Origin: Dehalococcoidia bacterium
GTDB lineage: Bacteria > Chloroflexota > Dehalococcoidia > Lucifugimonadales > Australimonadaceae
Direction of reading: 5' to 3'
DNA length: 64,000 nucleotides
Assembly (NCBI GenBank): GCA_965243745.1
Contig: CBDEVR010000002.1
Location: forward strand, 1,108,226-1,172,225
The notes beneath the pieces were generated by a model. It saw nothing but the letters and a program-made list of their open reading frames with translations. It was not told where the DNA came from and ran no database searches. Shown in pieces: positions 11,785 to 31,049 of this stretch (within the stretch, counting starts at the first letter, position 1; each line of letters begins with the position of its first letter). A program made the position numbers and the translations under genes.

Positions 11785-12138
11785 TCAGTAGATGCCGCCC
11801 GCGCGCTGCTGCTCACGGATGTACAGGATGATCTGCTCCAGTTCCTCGTCGGATACCCCCACTATAGGCGGCATGTCGCCGAAGAACCAGTGATGCTGGG
11901 GAACACCGTTGCGCACGGCGCGTCGTATGGAGTGGTCGTCGTGGTGCCACGGCACGTAGTAGCCATGAACGAGCGGCGGACCGCTCTCCGTGCCCAGCGC
12001 GCCCGCGCCGTGGCAGGTCGCACAGTTGGCATCGAACCGTTCCCTGCCCTTCTCGACGTCTCCGTTTCCCCCGCATGCAAGCGCGCCCGTCAGAAGCAGG
12101 AGCGTCAGCACGCCCAGAAGGACACGTTGCCCGTTCAT
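11785..12138 (-). CDS. small class I c-type cytochrome, probable lipoprotein (117 aa)
   Basis: MNGQRVLLGVLTLLLLTGALACGG signal/lipobox and a single CATCH heme site. I trimmed the 250-aa track ORF to the ATG at 12138. Confidence 0.75.
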   Translation of the reverse strand: MNGQRVLLGVLTLLLLTGALACGGNGDVEKGRERFDANCATCHGAGALGTESGPPLVHGYYVPWHHDDHSIRRAVRNGVPQHHWFFGDMPPIVGVSDEELEQIILYIREQQRAGGIY

Positions 12139-12143
12139 GCACC

Positions 12144-12830
12144 TCACCAGACCCGCGAGGCGACGTACACGAGCGGGAAGACGGGAAGAAGGCTGTCCAG
12201 GCGGTCGAGCAGGCCGCCGTGGCCGGGGATGAGGCGCCCGGAGTCCTTCGCGTCCGCCAACCGCTTGACCTTCGACTCCAGGAGGTCGCCCGCCTGCGCC
12301 ACGACGCCGATACCCAGCCCCAGGACGACCGCCGGGATGATGCGCGCCTCCACGCCATCGAGGAGCGTAACGAGTGCGGCGGCAGCGGCGGCAGCGCCGA
12401 TCAGCCCGCCGATAGCGCCCTCCCACGTCTTGCCGGGCGAGACGGACGGCGCGAGTCTGCGGCGCCCCACCGCCCTGCCGACTGCGTAGGCGCTCGTGTC
12501 CGCCGCGAACGTCACGAGGAACGCCAGCGCCGCCCACTGCAGGCCAGTGCCGTCGAGGCGCATGGCGATGAGGGCGGCGAACGGCAAAACGACGTAAGAG
12601 ACGCCCACGAGCACGAACGCCCCGTCCCGAAGCACGGGGCCTGCGCCACGCACGGTCCGGGCGCGGCGGAGCAGGTCCAACAGCTCGCGGAGCGCGATGA
12701 GCGCCGCAACAGTGGCGACGGCTGCGAATACCGGGCCCCCGACCCAGAGCACGAGGAAGAGGAGCGGCAGGCCGACCGCCGCGCTGGCGACGCGGAGGCG
12801 CAAGTCGCTCCGCGGGAGGGTGTTCATCAC
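12144..12830 (-). CDS. cdsA: phosphatidate cytidylyltransferase
   Basis: Signature SKVKRLADAKDSGRLIPGHGGLLDRLDS. Start overlaps the uppS stop (ATGA). Confidence 0.92.
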   Translation of the reverse strand: MMNTLPRSDLRLRVASAAVGLPLLFLVLWVGGPVFAAVATVAALIALRELLDLLRRARTVRGAGPVLRDGAFVLVGVSYVVLPFAALIAMRLDGTGLQWAALAFLVTFAADTSAYAVGRAVGRRRLAPSVSPGKTWEGAIGGLIGAAAAAAALVTLLDGVEARIIPAVVLGLGIGVVAQAGDLLESKVKRLADAKDSGRLIPGHGGLLDRLDSLLPVFPLVYVASRVW

Positions 12831-13570
12831 TCCTCGTCGGGCAGAGCGCCGAACCGGCGGCGGCGGCGCTTGTACTCGTTCAGGGCGCGCTCGACTTCCA
12901 CGTCGTCGAAGTCAGGCCAGTAGGCGGGGGTCTGGTAGTACTCGCTGTAAGCGGCCTGCCAGATGAGGAAGTTGCTGAGGCGCTGCTCTCCGGCGGTGCG
13001 GATGATGAGGTCGGGGTCTGGCACGTCCGGCAGGTAGAGGTTCTCGCGGATGAGGTCCTCGGTGACTTCGTCCGAGGCGGCGCCCGCGGCGACGATGCGG
13101 CGCACGGCACGGACCATCTCCGTGCGTCCGCCGTAGTCGAAGGCGACGCAGAGATTCATGCCGGTGTTGCCGGCAGTGCGCTTCACCGCCTCACGGGTGG
13201 CGTCGGCGAGGCTGGCAGGTATCTGGTCGAGTTCGCCGAGGTGGCGGATGCGGATGTTGCGCTTGTGCAACTCGTCCACGCACTCGCCGATGACGGCCTG
13301 CATGAGGTCGAGCAGGCCGCTGACCTCGGAGGTGGGGCGGTTCCAGTTCTCAGTGGAGAAGGCGAAGAGCGTCACGAATCCGACGCCAGCGGAGTCGAGC
13401 GTCTGGAGGACACGTTGCAGGTTATCGGCGCCCGCCCGGTGACCGGCGAGGCGCGGCAGCCCCCGCTGGTTCGCCCACCGGCCGTTGCCGTCCATGATGA
13501 TGGCGATATGCCTGGGGGCGCCGGGATCTGCGTGAAGCGATGCGCTCCTCTCAGGTACGGCACGCGTCAT
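12827..13570 (-). CDS. uppS: isoprenyl transferase / undecaprenyl diphosphate synthase
   Basis: HIAIIMDGNGRWA and C-terminal RRRRFG motifs. Confidence 0.93.
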   Translation of the reverse strand: MTRAVPERSASLHADPGAPRHIAIIMDGNGRWANQRGLPRLAGHRAGADNLQRVLQTLDSAGVGFVTLFAFSTENWNRPTSEVSGLLDLMQAVIGECVDELHKRNIRIRHLGELDQIPASLADATREAVKRTAGNTGMNLCVAFDYGGRTEMVRAVRRIVAAGAASDEVTEDLIRENLYLPDVPDPDLIIRTAGEQRLSNFLIWQAAYSEYYQTPAYWPDFDDVEVERALNEYKRRRRRFGALPDEE

Positions 13571-13577
13571 AAGCGGC

Positions 13578-14153
13578 CTAGACCTCCATCAACTCGGCTT
13601 CTTTCCTGTTGCTGACCTCGTCCGCCCTGGTGACGTGCTCGTCCGTAACCTTCTGCAGGTGCTCCTGTTCACGGCGAAGCTCGTCCTGGGATATCTCCTT
13701 GTTCTTCTCGAGGCCCCGCAGGTGTTCGAGCGCGTCCCGGCGGACGTTGCGGATAGCGACATGGGCGTCCTCACGGAGCCGGTGCAGGCGTTTGATCATC
13801 TCCTGACGCCGTTCCTGGGTCATCGTCGGGATGGGCAGGCGGATCAGCGTCCCGTCGTTGCTGGGGGTCAGGCCGAGGTCGGCACGCATCAGTTCCTTCT
13901 CGATGACGCCGAGCGTCGATCTGTCGAAGGGCTGGACGACGAGCAGGCGCGGGTCGGGAGCGTTGACGGTCGCGACCTGGTTCAGCGGCATCGACGTGCC
14001 GTAGATCTCGACCCGAACGGAGTCGAGCATGGCCGCGTTGGCGCGCCCCGTGCGGATAGTGTCGGCCTCGTGGCGGAGCACTTCGATGGACTTGTCCATC
14101 CGCTCGCCCGCATCCTCCAGGATAAGTTCGACTTCTTCGTTGGTCTCTGCCAT
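13578..14153 (-). CDS. frr: ribosome recycling factor
   Basis: 191 aa. Typical RRF sequence (RTGRANAAMLD, LNQVATV, IRNVRRDA) and conserved context. Confidence 0.95.
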   Translation of the reverse strand: MAETNEEVELILEDAGERMDKSIEVLRHEADTIRTGRANAAMLDSVRVEIYGTSMPLNQVATVNAPDPRLLVVQPFDRSTLGVIEKELMRADLGLTPSNDGTLIRLPIPTMTQERRQEMIKRLHRLREDAHVAIRNVRRDALEHLRGLEKNKEISQDELRREQEHLQKVTDEHVTRADEVSNRKEAELMEV

Positions 14154-14181
14154 CTGTGAGCCTTTCGCTGGTCCTGTCGGG

Positions 14182-14934
<753 letters not shown>

Positions 14935-15435
14935 TTACTGCCCCAGCCCGAACCGCGCGAACCGCCCGACCCGGATGTTCTCTCCCACCTTGGCCCGCAC
15001 GTCCATGATCAGGTCGCCGATCGTCTTGCCGGGGTCCTTGATGAAGGACTGTTTGAGCAGGCAGACCTCCTCCGGTCTGCCCTCCTCATTCTCAGGAATG
15101 TCTTCCTCGTCCAGGTAGAGAGGGGCCATCGCGGCGACCTGCATGGCGATGTTGTGGGCGAGTTCGCGGAACTCCGGCGTCCTGCCCACGAAGTCGGTCT
15201 CGCAGTTGAGCTCGACCATCGCGCCGATGCGGCTTCCCGCGTGGATGTACGAGTCAATGACGCCCTCGGCGGTGGCACGGTCCGACTTGGATGCCGCCTT
15301 CGCCAGCCCCTTCTCGCGCAGGGCCTGCTCGGCCTGCTCCACGTCGCCGTCTGCCGCCTCGAGCGCGCGCTTGGAGTCCATGATGCCTGCCCCCGTGCGC
15401 TCACGGAGCAGGCGGATCGATTCGGTGGAAACCAC
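14935..15435 (-). CDS. tsf: translation elongation factor Ts (short form, 166 aa)
   Basis: N-terminal UBA-like IRLLRERTGAGIMDSKRAL, positioned between rpsB and pyrH. Confidence 0.93.
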   Translation of the reverse strand: MVSTESIRLLRERTGAGIMDSKRALEAADGDVEQAEQALREKGLAKAASKSDRATAEGVIDSYIHAGSRIGAMVELNCETDFVGRTPEFRELAHNIAMQVAAMAPLYLDEEDIPENEEGRPEEVCLLKQSFIKDPGKTIGDLIMDVRAKVGENIRVGRFARFGLGQ

Positions 15436-15465
15436 TAGCTACCTCGCTTCTCTACGGGGTGGGGG

Positions 15466-16398
15466 TTACTCTTCAGTCTGTTCAGCCTCTTCGGCCTGCT
15501 CGGTCTGCGTCTCATCCGCCGGCGGGGCCTCGTCCTCGGAGGCGGCAGCGTCGTCCTCAGGGGTGGCAGCGTCGTCCTCGGAGACGGTCTCCTCTTCACC
15601 TTCAGCGGTCTCTTCCGGTTCCACGGGTTCGTCCACGACCTGGCTGTAGCCGCCGCGCGACGCGAGCCACTCGTTGTGGCCGGCCTGCGCGGAGCGGGCG
15701 ATATGGCCGGAGATGAGCCGGATGGAGCGTATGGCGTCGTCGTTGCCGGGGATGGGCCAGTCTATGCCCGTGGGGTCACAGTCGGTGTCGACGAGGGCGA
15801 TGATGGGGATGCCCGCACGCTGCGCCTCGGCGACGGCGATGTTCTCGCGGCCAACGTCCACGATGAAGAGCGCGCCGGGGAGGCTGGTCATGTCCTTGAT
15901 GCCGCCCAGATAGCGATTCAGCTTCTCGATCGAGGCGTCGAGCTTCAGGGCTTCCTTCTTGAGAAGGCGGTTGAACTCGCCACGCTCCTTGCGCTCTTCC
16001 AGGCCCACCAGGTGGTCGATACGGGTCTGGATGGTGGCGAAGTTGGTGATGGTGCCGCCGAGCCAGCGCTGGTTGATGTAGTACTGTCCCGCGCGGATCG
16101 CCTCTTCCTTCACAGACTCCTGCGCCTGCTTCTTGGTGCCCACCATGAGGATGCGCTTGCCGGAGGCTGCGATCTCCGTCGCGAACGCGCACGCCTGCTC
16201 CAGCAGTTCCATCGTCTGCTGCAGGTCAACGATGTGGATCCCGTTGCGCTGGGCAAAAATGAAGCGCCGCATCCGGGGGTTCCACCTGTGCGTCTGATGA
16301 CCGAAGTGGACACCTGCCTCCAGCAGCGCTCGCATGCTGAGTGACTCGTCCCCCTGAGGCGCAACCTCGCGGGGCGCGTCGGACTGTATCTGTACCAT
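15466..16398 (-). CDS. rpsB: 30S ribosomal protein S2 with acidic C-terminal extension
   Basis: [19 protein letters not shown] motif. I chose the start at ATG 16398 (MVQIQ...). The track ORF extends to 16461. Confidence 0.92.
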   Translation of the reverse strand: MVQIQSDAPREVAPQGDESLSMRALLEAGVHFGHQTHRWNPRMRRFIFAQRNGIHIVDLQQTMELLEQACAFATEIAASGKRILMVGTKKQAQESVKEEAIRAGQYYINQRWLGGTITNFATIQTRIDHLVGLEERKERGEFNRLLKKEALKLDASIEKLNRYLGGIKDMTSLPGALFIVDVGRENIAVAEAQRAGIPIIALVDTDCDPTGIDWPIPGNDDAIRSIRLISGHIARSAQAGHNEWLASRGGYSQVVDEPVEPEETAEGEEETVSEDDAATPEDDAAASEDEAPPADETQTEQAEEAEQTEE

Positions 16399-16517
16399 GG
16401 GACCTGCCTTTCTGTCGGGCTTAGAGATGTCCGCAGGGCTCGACTTTCCCCGCGGCTGCACCGGAGCGCGAGAGCGATTGTAGCACAGCAGGGTTCTCCC
16501 CGCGCAGGAACGACGGG

Positions 16518-18950
16518 CTACTCGAGGACGCGCAGCGTCCCGGGGATGTCCATCCGGCGCAGTTTGCGCACCGTCAGCACCGGAGCGAGGGCAACGACGA
16601 CGATCCCGCCTGCCAGGAACGAGGCCATCTCCACCGCGTCGAAGGAGAGGCTGAAGCCCATATCCGGGTAGCTCGCGGGAACGACTCCGTAGATGATCCA
16701 GAGCAGCAGCCCGTAGCCGAGAACAACGCCGAGAACGGCGGCGAACGCTCCGAGGATGACGCCCTCGACGGCCAGCACGCCGAGCACGCGCCGCACGGAG
16801 ACGCCGTAGGCGAACATCGTCGCGTGGTCGCGGCTTCGCTCGTCGGAGTTGATGTTGGCGGTGTTGAAGGCGATGAGCAGCACGAGCCCGAGCACGAACA
16901 TCTGTATCACGAGGAAGACGCCGGCCACCTGCTCGAACAGCTGCTGGACCGCGGCCGCTGCCTCGGCCAGCCCCTGTACGTTCGTCACGCCCGGCGCTCC
17001 GAACATGGCGCGCTTGACGTCGTTCAGCGACGTTCCGCTCGCCGGCGCTCCGGTCACGACGTTGGCGTAGCCGTCCAGTCCGGCCAGACCGGCTTGGCCG
17101 ATGTCCATGTACGCATAGATGCGGAGCGGGTGCGGGTGGACCGCCAGCACCGGCATGGACGTGGAAGCGAGGGTGGAGGAGCCGGACTCCGTCCGCAGGG
17201 GATGCGTAACGGTCACGGTGTCGCCCACGCCTACTCCAAGGTCGGAGGCGGCCTTGCGGGCGAGGACGATGCCCGGCGCGCCGGTGGTCAGCGTCCCTTC
17301 GGATACGGTCGGCTTCCAGTTCCCGTTCTCGAGATCGACGAACCGGACCGTCACCGCGAGTGCGTCGGACCCCCCGGCCTGTACCGTCGCATCGAGGTCG
17401 ATGCCGGGCTCGGCGATGCGGAGCGCCCCGCCGTCCACGACCCCTCGGACCTCCGGAGAGTCGACTGCGTAGTAGGAGTCCAGCCGCACGACGAGCCGGT
17501 CAGGCACGCCGCGCAGTTGCTCCTCATCTCCTGCCACGAGCGTGTCCAGGAACGTCGTCCGCATGGCGACGACGCTGAAGAGGACGGCGAGGATGGCCGT
17601 GAGCGCGACGAGAGTGAGCAGGGTGCGGCGGGGCGCGCGCAGCAGGTTGCGGAAGGGCATCCGCCCGAGGCTGCCCCCCGGCAACGGCAGCCTGCCGACA
17701 CGCGGCGCAAGCCCTCCGCCTCGCGCCGCCAGGTGCCCGGTGCGGATGGCGTCAACAGGCTTCACCCGCACGGCCCGGAGCACGGGCCAGAGCACAGCGA
17801 GAACGGGCAGCACGAAGCCGATGACGGCCACCCGGACGAAGATGCCGGTCTGAAAGGGCGTCTCGAACACGGGCAGCGGCAGGAACGATGCCATCACACC
17901 CTCCATGAGCTTCGCTATCAGCCACCCGATGCCTATGCCGAAGGCGACGCCGAGGACAGCGATCTGCACGCCGACGAGCAGAGGCCGCACCGCTATCGCC
18001 GCAGGCCTCATCCCCAAGGCCATGGACGTGCCTATCTCGCGCCGCTGCGCCTCCACAAGGCGCGCCGCGAAGTTCAGCGCCGCGAACGCAGCGCCCGCGA
18101 AGAGCACCACGGCGAAGACGTTGTAGAACTGCTGGTCGCCCTCCGGGTCGCGCGTGAGCGCGAGGTAGGAGGCGTTGTCCTCCTTGCGCATCAGTTGCAG
18201 GCGGGTATCCGGATGGCGCGCAGCCACCTCGGCGAGGAGCGCCGCTTCGACGTCCTCCAGGGCAACGCCGGGGGCGACCGTCAGAACGAGGTCGTTGACC
18301 AGCCCCTCCTTGCCCGAGAGTCCCTGCGCGGTCTCGATGGACGTGAACAGCACTGCCAGGTTCGCCTGGCCGAAGAAGCTGCCTTCCTCGACTACCTGGA
18401 AGTACTCCGGGGAGACGGCATGACCGACGTATGCAACCGTACCGCTGCCGCCGATCCGGATATCGCCTTCGTCAGGGAGGTCGTAGTAGACGCCGAAGTT
18501 GCGCTCCAGCAGCACGACGGGCCCGCCGAACTCCGCCGCCGCGATGTCTCGCCCGGTCAACACCTCAACCCCGTTCACGCTCGGGCCGCCGTCCGACATG
18601 TCGACGCCCAGGAGCCTGCCGGTGACGAAGAGCGGGCCATCCTCGGTGGCGACCTCGACCTGCGTTCCGGCGATGAGCCGCTCCTCCGCGGCTTCCACCC
18701 CGTCTATGGCCTGGGCGATGTCCAGGAGGGCGCCGCGCGGCAGGAAGCTCCCGTCGCTGAGCCGCGCACGGACGTCGTAGATGTTCGTGAGCTGGAAGCT
18801 GGCGTCGTTGGAGGCGAAGCGCCACTGCGTCACGCTGCTGACGCCGGCGAACATGCCGGTGCCGACGGCGATCATGAGGGCGATGCCGACGACCTGTACC
18901 CAGCGGGCCTTCGCATCCCGCAGCGCCCATCGCAGCTTCAGCGACAGCAT
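16518..18950 (-). CDS. ABC transporter permease, FtsX/MacB-like with duplicated 4-TM modules (810 aa)
   Basis: Two FtsX-type TM bundles separated by large periplasmic-type domains. Lies immediately downstream of the ATPase gene. Confidence 0.85.
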   Translation of the reverse strand: MLSLKLRWALRDAKARWVQVVGIALMIAVGTGMFAGVSSVTQWRFASNDASFQLTNIYDVRARLSDGSFLPRGALLDIAQAIDGVEAAEERLIAGTQVEVATEDGPLFVTGRLLGVDMSDGGPSVNGVEVLTGRDIAAAEFGGPVVLLERNFGVYYDLPDEGDIRIGGSGTVAYVGHAVSPEYFQVVEEGSFFGQANLAVLFTSIETAQGLSGKEGLVNDLVLTVAPGVALEDVEAALLAEVAARHPDTRLQLMRKEDNASYLALTRDPEGDQQFYNVFAVVLFAGAAFAALNFAARLVEAQRREIGTSMALGMRPAAIAVRPLLVGVQIAVLGVAFGIGIGWLIAKLMEGVMASFLPLPVFETPFQTGIFVRVAVIGFVLPVLAVLWPVLRAVRVKPVDAIRTGHLAARGGGLAPRVGRLPLPGGSLGRMPFRNLLRAPRRTLLTLVALTAILAVLFSVVAMRTTFLDTLVAGDEEQLRGVPDRLVVRLDSYYAVDSPEVRGVVDGGALRIAEPGIDLDATVQAGGSDALAVTVRFVDLENGNWKPTVSEGTLTTGAPGIVLARKAASDLGVGVGDTVTVTHPLRTESGSSTLASTSMPVLAVHPHPLRIYAYMDIGQAGLAGLDGYANVVTGAPASGTSLNDVKRAMFGAPGVTNVQGLAEAAAAVQQLFEQVAGVFLVIQMFVLGLVLLIAFNTANINSDERSRDHATMFAYGVSVRRVLGVLAVEGVILGAFAAVLGVVLGYGLLLWIIYGVVPASYPDMGFSLSFDAVEMASFLAGGIVVVALAPVLTVRKLRRMDIPGTLRVLE

Positions 18951-18959
18951 CGCCGCCTC

Positions 18960-19667
18960 CTACCAGTGCAACTCGGAGAGCGGGGTCTTCCCGCCTTCCG
19001 GCGGGCCGTCCCGGACGACGTGTCCACTGCTCATCTCCACCACCCGATCGGCGATGCGCGATATCTCGCGGTTGTGCGTGACGACCAGCACGGCGCGGTC
19101 GGCGGACGCCTGCGCGATGAGCAGTTCGAGTATCTGCGCGCCCGTCATGAAGTCCAGCTCGCCGGTCGGTTCGTCCGCGAGCAGCACGGGGTTCCCCGTC
19201 GCCAGCGCCCGCGCGATGGCGACGCGCTGCTGCTCGCCGCCCGACAGCTCATGGGGGAAGTGGCCGGTGCGATGGCCGAGCCCGACCGACTCGAGCACGG
19301 ACTCGGGGGAGGTGCTCCCGCGCTTCCCGGCCACGTCCATGCCGAACTCGACGTTCTCGAGCGCGGTGAGGCCGGGGAAGAGGTTGAAACTCTGGAAGAT
19401 GAAGCTGACGGTCTGACGCCTGAGGGCGAAGAGTTCGGCGCGGGAAGCAGCGGTGATGTCGCGGCCGTTGACCGAGATGCTGCCGGCAGTCGGGGTGTCA
19501 AGCGCGCCGATCATGTTGAGGAGCGTTGTCTTGCCGCTCCCGGACGGGCCTAACACGACAACGAACTCTCCGTCGTCCACGTGCAGGTCGACGCCGTCCA
19601 GCGCGCGCACTTCCACGGTCCCGATCTGGTAATGCTTCGACACGCCTACGAGGTCTATCAACCGCAA
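18960..19667 (-). CDS. ABC transporter ATP-binding protein (MacB/LolD-like)
   Basis: Walker A GPSGSGKTT, signature LSGGEQQRVAIARAL, Walker B LLADEPTGELD. Confidence 0.93.
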   Translation of the reverse strand: MRLIDLVGVSKHYQIGTVEVRALDGVDLHVDDGEFVVVLGPSGSGKTTLLNMIGALDTPTAGSISVNGRDITAASRAELFALRRQTVSFIFQSFNLFPGLTALENVEFGMDVAGKRGSTSPESVLESVGLGHRTGHFPHELSGGEQQRVAIARALATGNPVLLADEPTGELDFMTGAQILELLIAQASADRAVLVVTHNREISRIADRVVEMSSGHVVRDGPPEGGKTPLSELHW

Positions 19668-19790
19668 GCCTCCGCGCGTTGGCGCCTGCTGACAGTATCA
19701 CACGGAAGGACTACGGCAGGCGTAGTTCTTCCCGTCCGATTGCGCGTCTGCGCGCAATTGTGCAAAGGTCTGCCGTGGACAGGAGCGACG

Positions 19791-20309
19791 ATGACGACAG
19801 ACTACGAAAGCCTCATCCGGGCGATACCGAACTTCCCCCAGCCCGGCATCCTCTTCCGCGACATCACCCCGCTGCTGGGGGACGGCGAGGCGCTGCGGGC
19901 GGTGGTGCGTGACCTCGCCGCACCGTTCCGGGAGCAGCGCATCGACCGCGTCGCGGCGATAGAGGCGCGGGGGTTCGTCATCGGCGCGCCGCTGGCGGTG
20001 GAACTGGGTGCGGGGTTCGTTCCCATGCGGAAGGCGGGCAAACTGCCGCACGAGACGTTCTCCGCTCAGTACGAACTGGAGTACGGCGACGCGGCGATAG
20101 AGCTGCACCAGGACGGCCTGCAGCCCGGCGACAAGGTGCTGCTGGTAGACGACGTGCTGGCAACCGGCGGCACGATGGCGGCGGCGGTGGAACTCGTGCA
20201 GCAGGCGGGTGCAGACGTCGCGGGGATCGTCACGCTCATCGAGCTGACGGCGCTGAACGGACGGGCGCGCCTGCCCGGTTACGACGTGGTGGCGCTGATC
20301 CGGTATTGA
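19791..20309 (+). CDS. apt: adenine phosphoribosyltransferase
   Basis: IPNFPQPGILFRDITPLL and the PRPP motif VLLVDDVLATGGT. ATG at 19791 preceded by aggag. The track ORF start at 19581 was rejected. Confidence 0.92.
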   Translation: MTTDYESLIRAIPNFPQPGILFRDITPLLGDGEALRAVVRDLAAPFREQRIDRVAAIEARGFVIGAPLAVELGAGFVPMRKAGKLPHETFSAQYELEYGDAAIELHQDGLQPGDKVLLVDDVLATGGTMAAAVELVQQAGADVAGIVTLIELTALNGRARLPGYDVVALIRY

Positions 20310-20380
20310 GCGCCGAGCGGTTTGACACGCGGAGAACCGCGCACGGACAATCCGGCCAAGCACCAGAGGGGAGCGGAACT

Positions 20381-21565
20381 ATGCAGGACGTGGTCATCGT
20401 AAGCGGAGCGCGCACACCCGTGGGGCGGTTCGGAGGCGCATTCAAGGACACCCCGGCCTCGGACCTCGGCGCTGTCGCCATCAGGGCAGCCGTGGAGCGG
20501 GCGGGCATCCGCCCGGAAGACGTCGACGAAGTGATCATGGGCAACGTGCTCCAGGCCGACGAGACGGGCTACACAGCGCGCCGGGCGATGCTGAAAGCCG
20601 GGCTGCCGGACCACATCCCCGCCATGACGGTGAACCGGGCGTGCTCGTCCGGACTCGAGGCGATCAACCTCGCGGTGCAGGCCATCGCCACCGGCGAGTC
20701 GAAGGTGGTGGTCGCGGGAGGCGCGGACAGCATGAGCCGCGTGCCCTACCTCATGAGGGGCGTCCGGTTCGAGGGCCCGAGGATGGGCGACTACAGCGTC
20801 ACGGACGGCCTCACGCTAGGCCTCACCTGTCCCATCTACGACTATCACATGGGTGTTACGGCCGAGAACGTGGCCGAGCGCTTCGAGGTGAGCCGTGAAG
20901 CGCAGGACACGATGGCGGTGGACAGCCACCAGCGCGCCGTCCATGCCCAGGCGGAAGGCTACTTCGACGCGCAGATCGCGCCGGTGAGCATCCCCCAGCG
21001 CCGCGGCGACCCGGTGACTGTGACGGAGGACGAGCATCCCCGCGCGGACACGACGCTGGAAGGGCTGGCCAAGCTCCGTCCCGTCTTCAAGGAGGGCGGC
21101 ACTGTGACCGCGGGCAACTCCGCCGGCATCAACGACGGCGCCGCCGTGGTCGTGGTGATGTCGCGGGAGCGCGCCGAGGCGGAAGGACTGACGCCCCGCC
21201 TGCGGTGGGTGGGGCGCGGCGTCTCCGGCGTCGACCCGTCGGTGATGGGCATCGGGCCGGTGCCGTCGACCCGCAAGGTGCTCGAGAAGACGGGCATGGC
21301 GATAGCCGACCTCGACCTCATCGAACTGAACGAGGCATTCGCGGCGCAGGCGCTGTACGTGATCCGCGAGTTGGACATGGACTGGGAGCGAACGAACGTC
21401 AACGGGAGCGGCATCTCGCTCGGGCACCCGGTGGGCGCGACCGGCGCAATCATGACGGTGAAGCTGATGGAGGAGCTGACCCGCACGGACGGGCAATACG
21501 GCCTCGTCACGATGTGCGTCGGCGGCGGGCAGGGCGTCTCGACGATATTTGAGCGGCTCAACTAG
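20381..21565 (+). CDS. acetyl-CoA C-acetyltransferase (thiolase II)
   Basis: MQDVVIVSGARTPVGRFGG, active-site NRACSSGLEAI, GNSAGINDGAA and C-terminal CVGGGQG. Confidence 0.93.
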   Translation: MQDVVIVSGARTPVGRFGGAFKDTPASDLGAVAIRAAVERAGIRPEDVDEVIMGNVLQADETGYTARRAMLKAGLPDHIPAMTVNRACSSGLEAINLAVQAIATGESKVVVAGGADSMSRVPYLMRGVRFEGPRMGDYSVTDGLTLGLTCPIYDYHMGVTAENVAERFEVSREAQDTMAVDSHQRAVHAQAEGYFDAQIAPVSIPQRRGDPVTVTEDEHPRADTTLEGLAKLRPVFKEGGTVTAGNSAGINDGAAVVVVMSRERAEAEGLTPRLRWVGRGVSGVDPSVMGIGPVPSTRKVLEKTGMAIADLDLIELNEAFAAQALYVIRELDMDWERTNVNGSGISLGHPVGATGAIMTVKLMEELTRTDGQYGLVTMCVGGGQGVSTIFERLN

Positions 21566-21622
21566 CGAGCGCTCGACAGGGCTGTTGCGGGGCGGTAGCA
21601 TAGTGTGTCTGCCGCCAGCCCC

Positions 21623-21651
21623 TTGACGGAACCGTGCGCGCGTGCTAGTGT
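21623..21651 (+). promoter_or_regulatory. candidate promoter upstream of rpoB
   Basis: TTGACG, a 17-nt spacer, then TAGTGT. Sequence match only. Confidence 0.35.
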
Positions 21652-21813
21652 TGTCCGGAATGAATCAGATGCTGTTCACCGCGCCTGAGCATCAGAAGTC
21701 CCGAAACCCCTAACCCGTCCCAACCGAGGTCTAGCGTTGCATATCCGCTGGGCCTCTTTCCGTGTTTCTGCGAATCCGCAGGCCATGCGCTGCGAGGAGG
21801 TATCGAGCCAGCA

Positions 21814-25686
<3,873 letters not shown>

Positions 25687-25766
25687 CAGCACACGCGGCC
25701 CCGGCCTCGTGAGCGCACCGCACCGATAGTCAAGCGGGAGAGCCCCGCAGGGGAGAGCAGCGAACC

Positions 25767-30092
<4,326 letters not shown>

Positions 30093-30122
30093 TCAACCGT
30101 CGTCCCCACCCACGGTCCGGAT

Positions 30123-30158
30123 ATGCGGAAGGGCGTCCCTCGGGGCGCCCTTCGCATA
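30123..30158. terminator. hairpin between convergent rpoC and ctaB
   Basis: atgcggaagggcg ... cgcccttcgcat imperfect stem (one bulge). Confidence 0.45.
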
Positions 30159-30176
30159 CGTGCAGGGGAGGCAGAG

Positions 30177-31049
30177 CTAAGCGTACCAGGGGAGCATCGG
30201 CTCGACGGCCAGGGTGGCGAACACCAGCGCCAGGTAGAGCAGTGAATACTTGTACGCCGCGAGTGTCTCGCGCGAGTCTCCTCCGCCAAGCAGCGGCCAG
30301 GACATGCGCAGCCAGACCGCGCTCAGCAGCGTCGTGACGACGGCGAACGTCAACCCGCCGTAGCCTGCAGCGAGCGGCAGCCAGGCCATCGCAGCCAGCA
30401 GTACGACGTACAACAGCACCTGCCGGGCAGTGTCACGCTGTTCCGCCACCGCAGCCAGCATGGGTACATTCGCAGCGACGTAATCGTCCCGCAACAGCAT
30501 GGAGAGCGTCCAGAAGTGGGGCGGCGTCCAGAAGAAGATGAACGCGAACATGTAGAGCCCCAACGCGGTTACCTCTCCGGACACCGCGGCGGCTCCGATG
30601 AGCGGCGGGAAGGCTCCCGCAGCGCCACCAATGACGATGTTGTTCCACGAACGCCGCTTGAGCAACAGCGTGTAGACCAGTACGTAGACCACTGCCGCGG
30701 CAAGGGTGAGGACTGCTGCCAGCGGGTTCGCCCCGAACCCCATCAGCGCTGTCGCCGCCACCACGAGCACCACGCCGATGAGCGCGGCGTTCCGTGCGCT
30801 GATCTGGTGCGCAGGCACCGGACGCACCCTGGTGCGGCGCATCATGGTATCTATGTCTGCGTCCAGGCTCTGGTTGATGGCATTCGCGCCACTTGCGGCC
30901 AGGGCCCCGGCGACGACAACGGTCAACAGCACCAGCGCGTCCGGTGAGCCTTCAGCCGCCTTCCACGCCCCGGCCGCTCCCGTGACCACGAGCAGCAGGA
31001 CGATACGGGGTTTGCTCAGCGCCGTGACCTGGCGAAGGAACGCCACCAT
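30177..31049 (-). CDS. ctaB: protoheme IX farnesyltransferase (heme O synthase)
   Basis: UbiA-family motif NQSLDADIDTMMRRT. 290 aa from ATG 31049, which overlaps the ctaA stop (TGATG). The 568-aa track ORF N-terminal extension was rejected. Confidence 0.9.
   Translation of the reverse strand: MVAFLRQVTALSKPRIVLLLVVTGAAGAWKAAEGSPDALVLLTVVVAGALAASGANAINQSLDADIDTMMRRTRVRPVPAHQISARNAALIGVVLVVAATALMGFGANPLAAVLTLAAAVVYVLVYTLLLKRRSWNNIVIGGAAGAFPPLIGAAAVSGEVTALGLYMFAFIFFWTPPHFWTLSMLLRDDYVAANVPMLAAVAEQRDTARQVLLYVVLLAAMAWLPLAAGYGGLTFAVVTTLLSAVWLRMSWPLLGGGDSRETLAAYKYSLLYLALVFATLAVEPMLPWYA

Noticed and set aside
16824-19553. 909-aa + strand ORF
   Set aside because: It is antisense to the ABC permease and ATPase genes and has R/G/E/D-rich composition without motifs.
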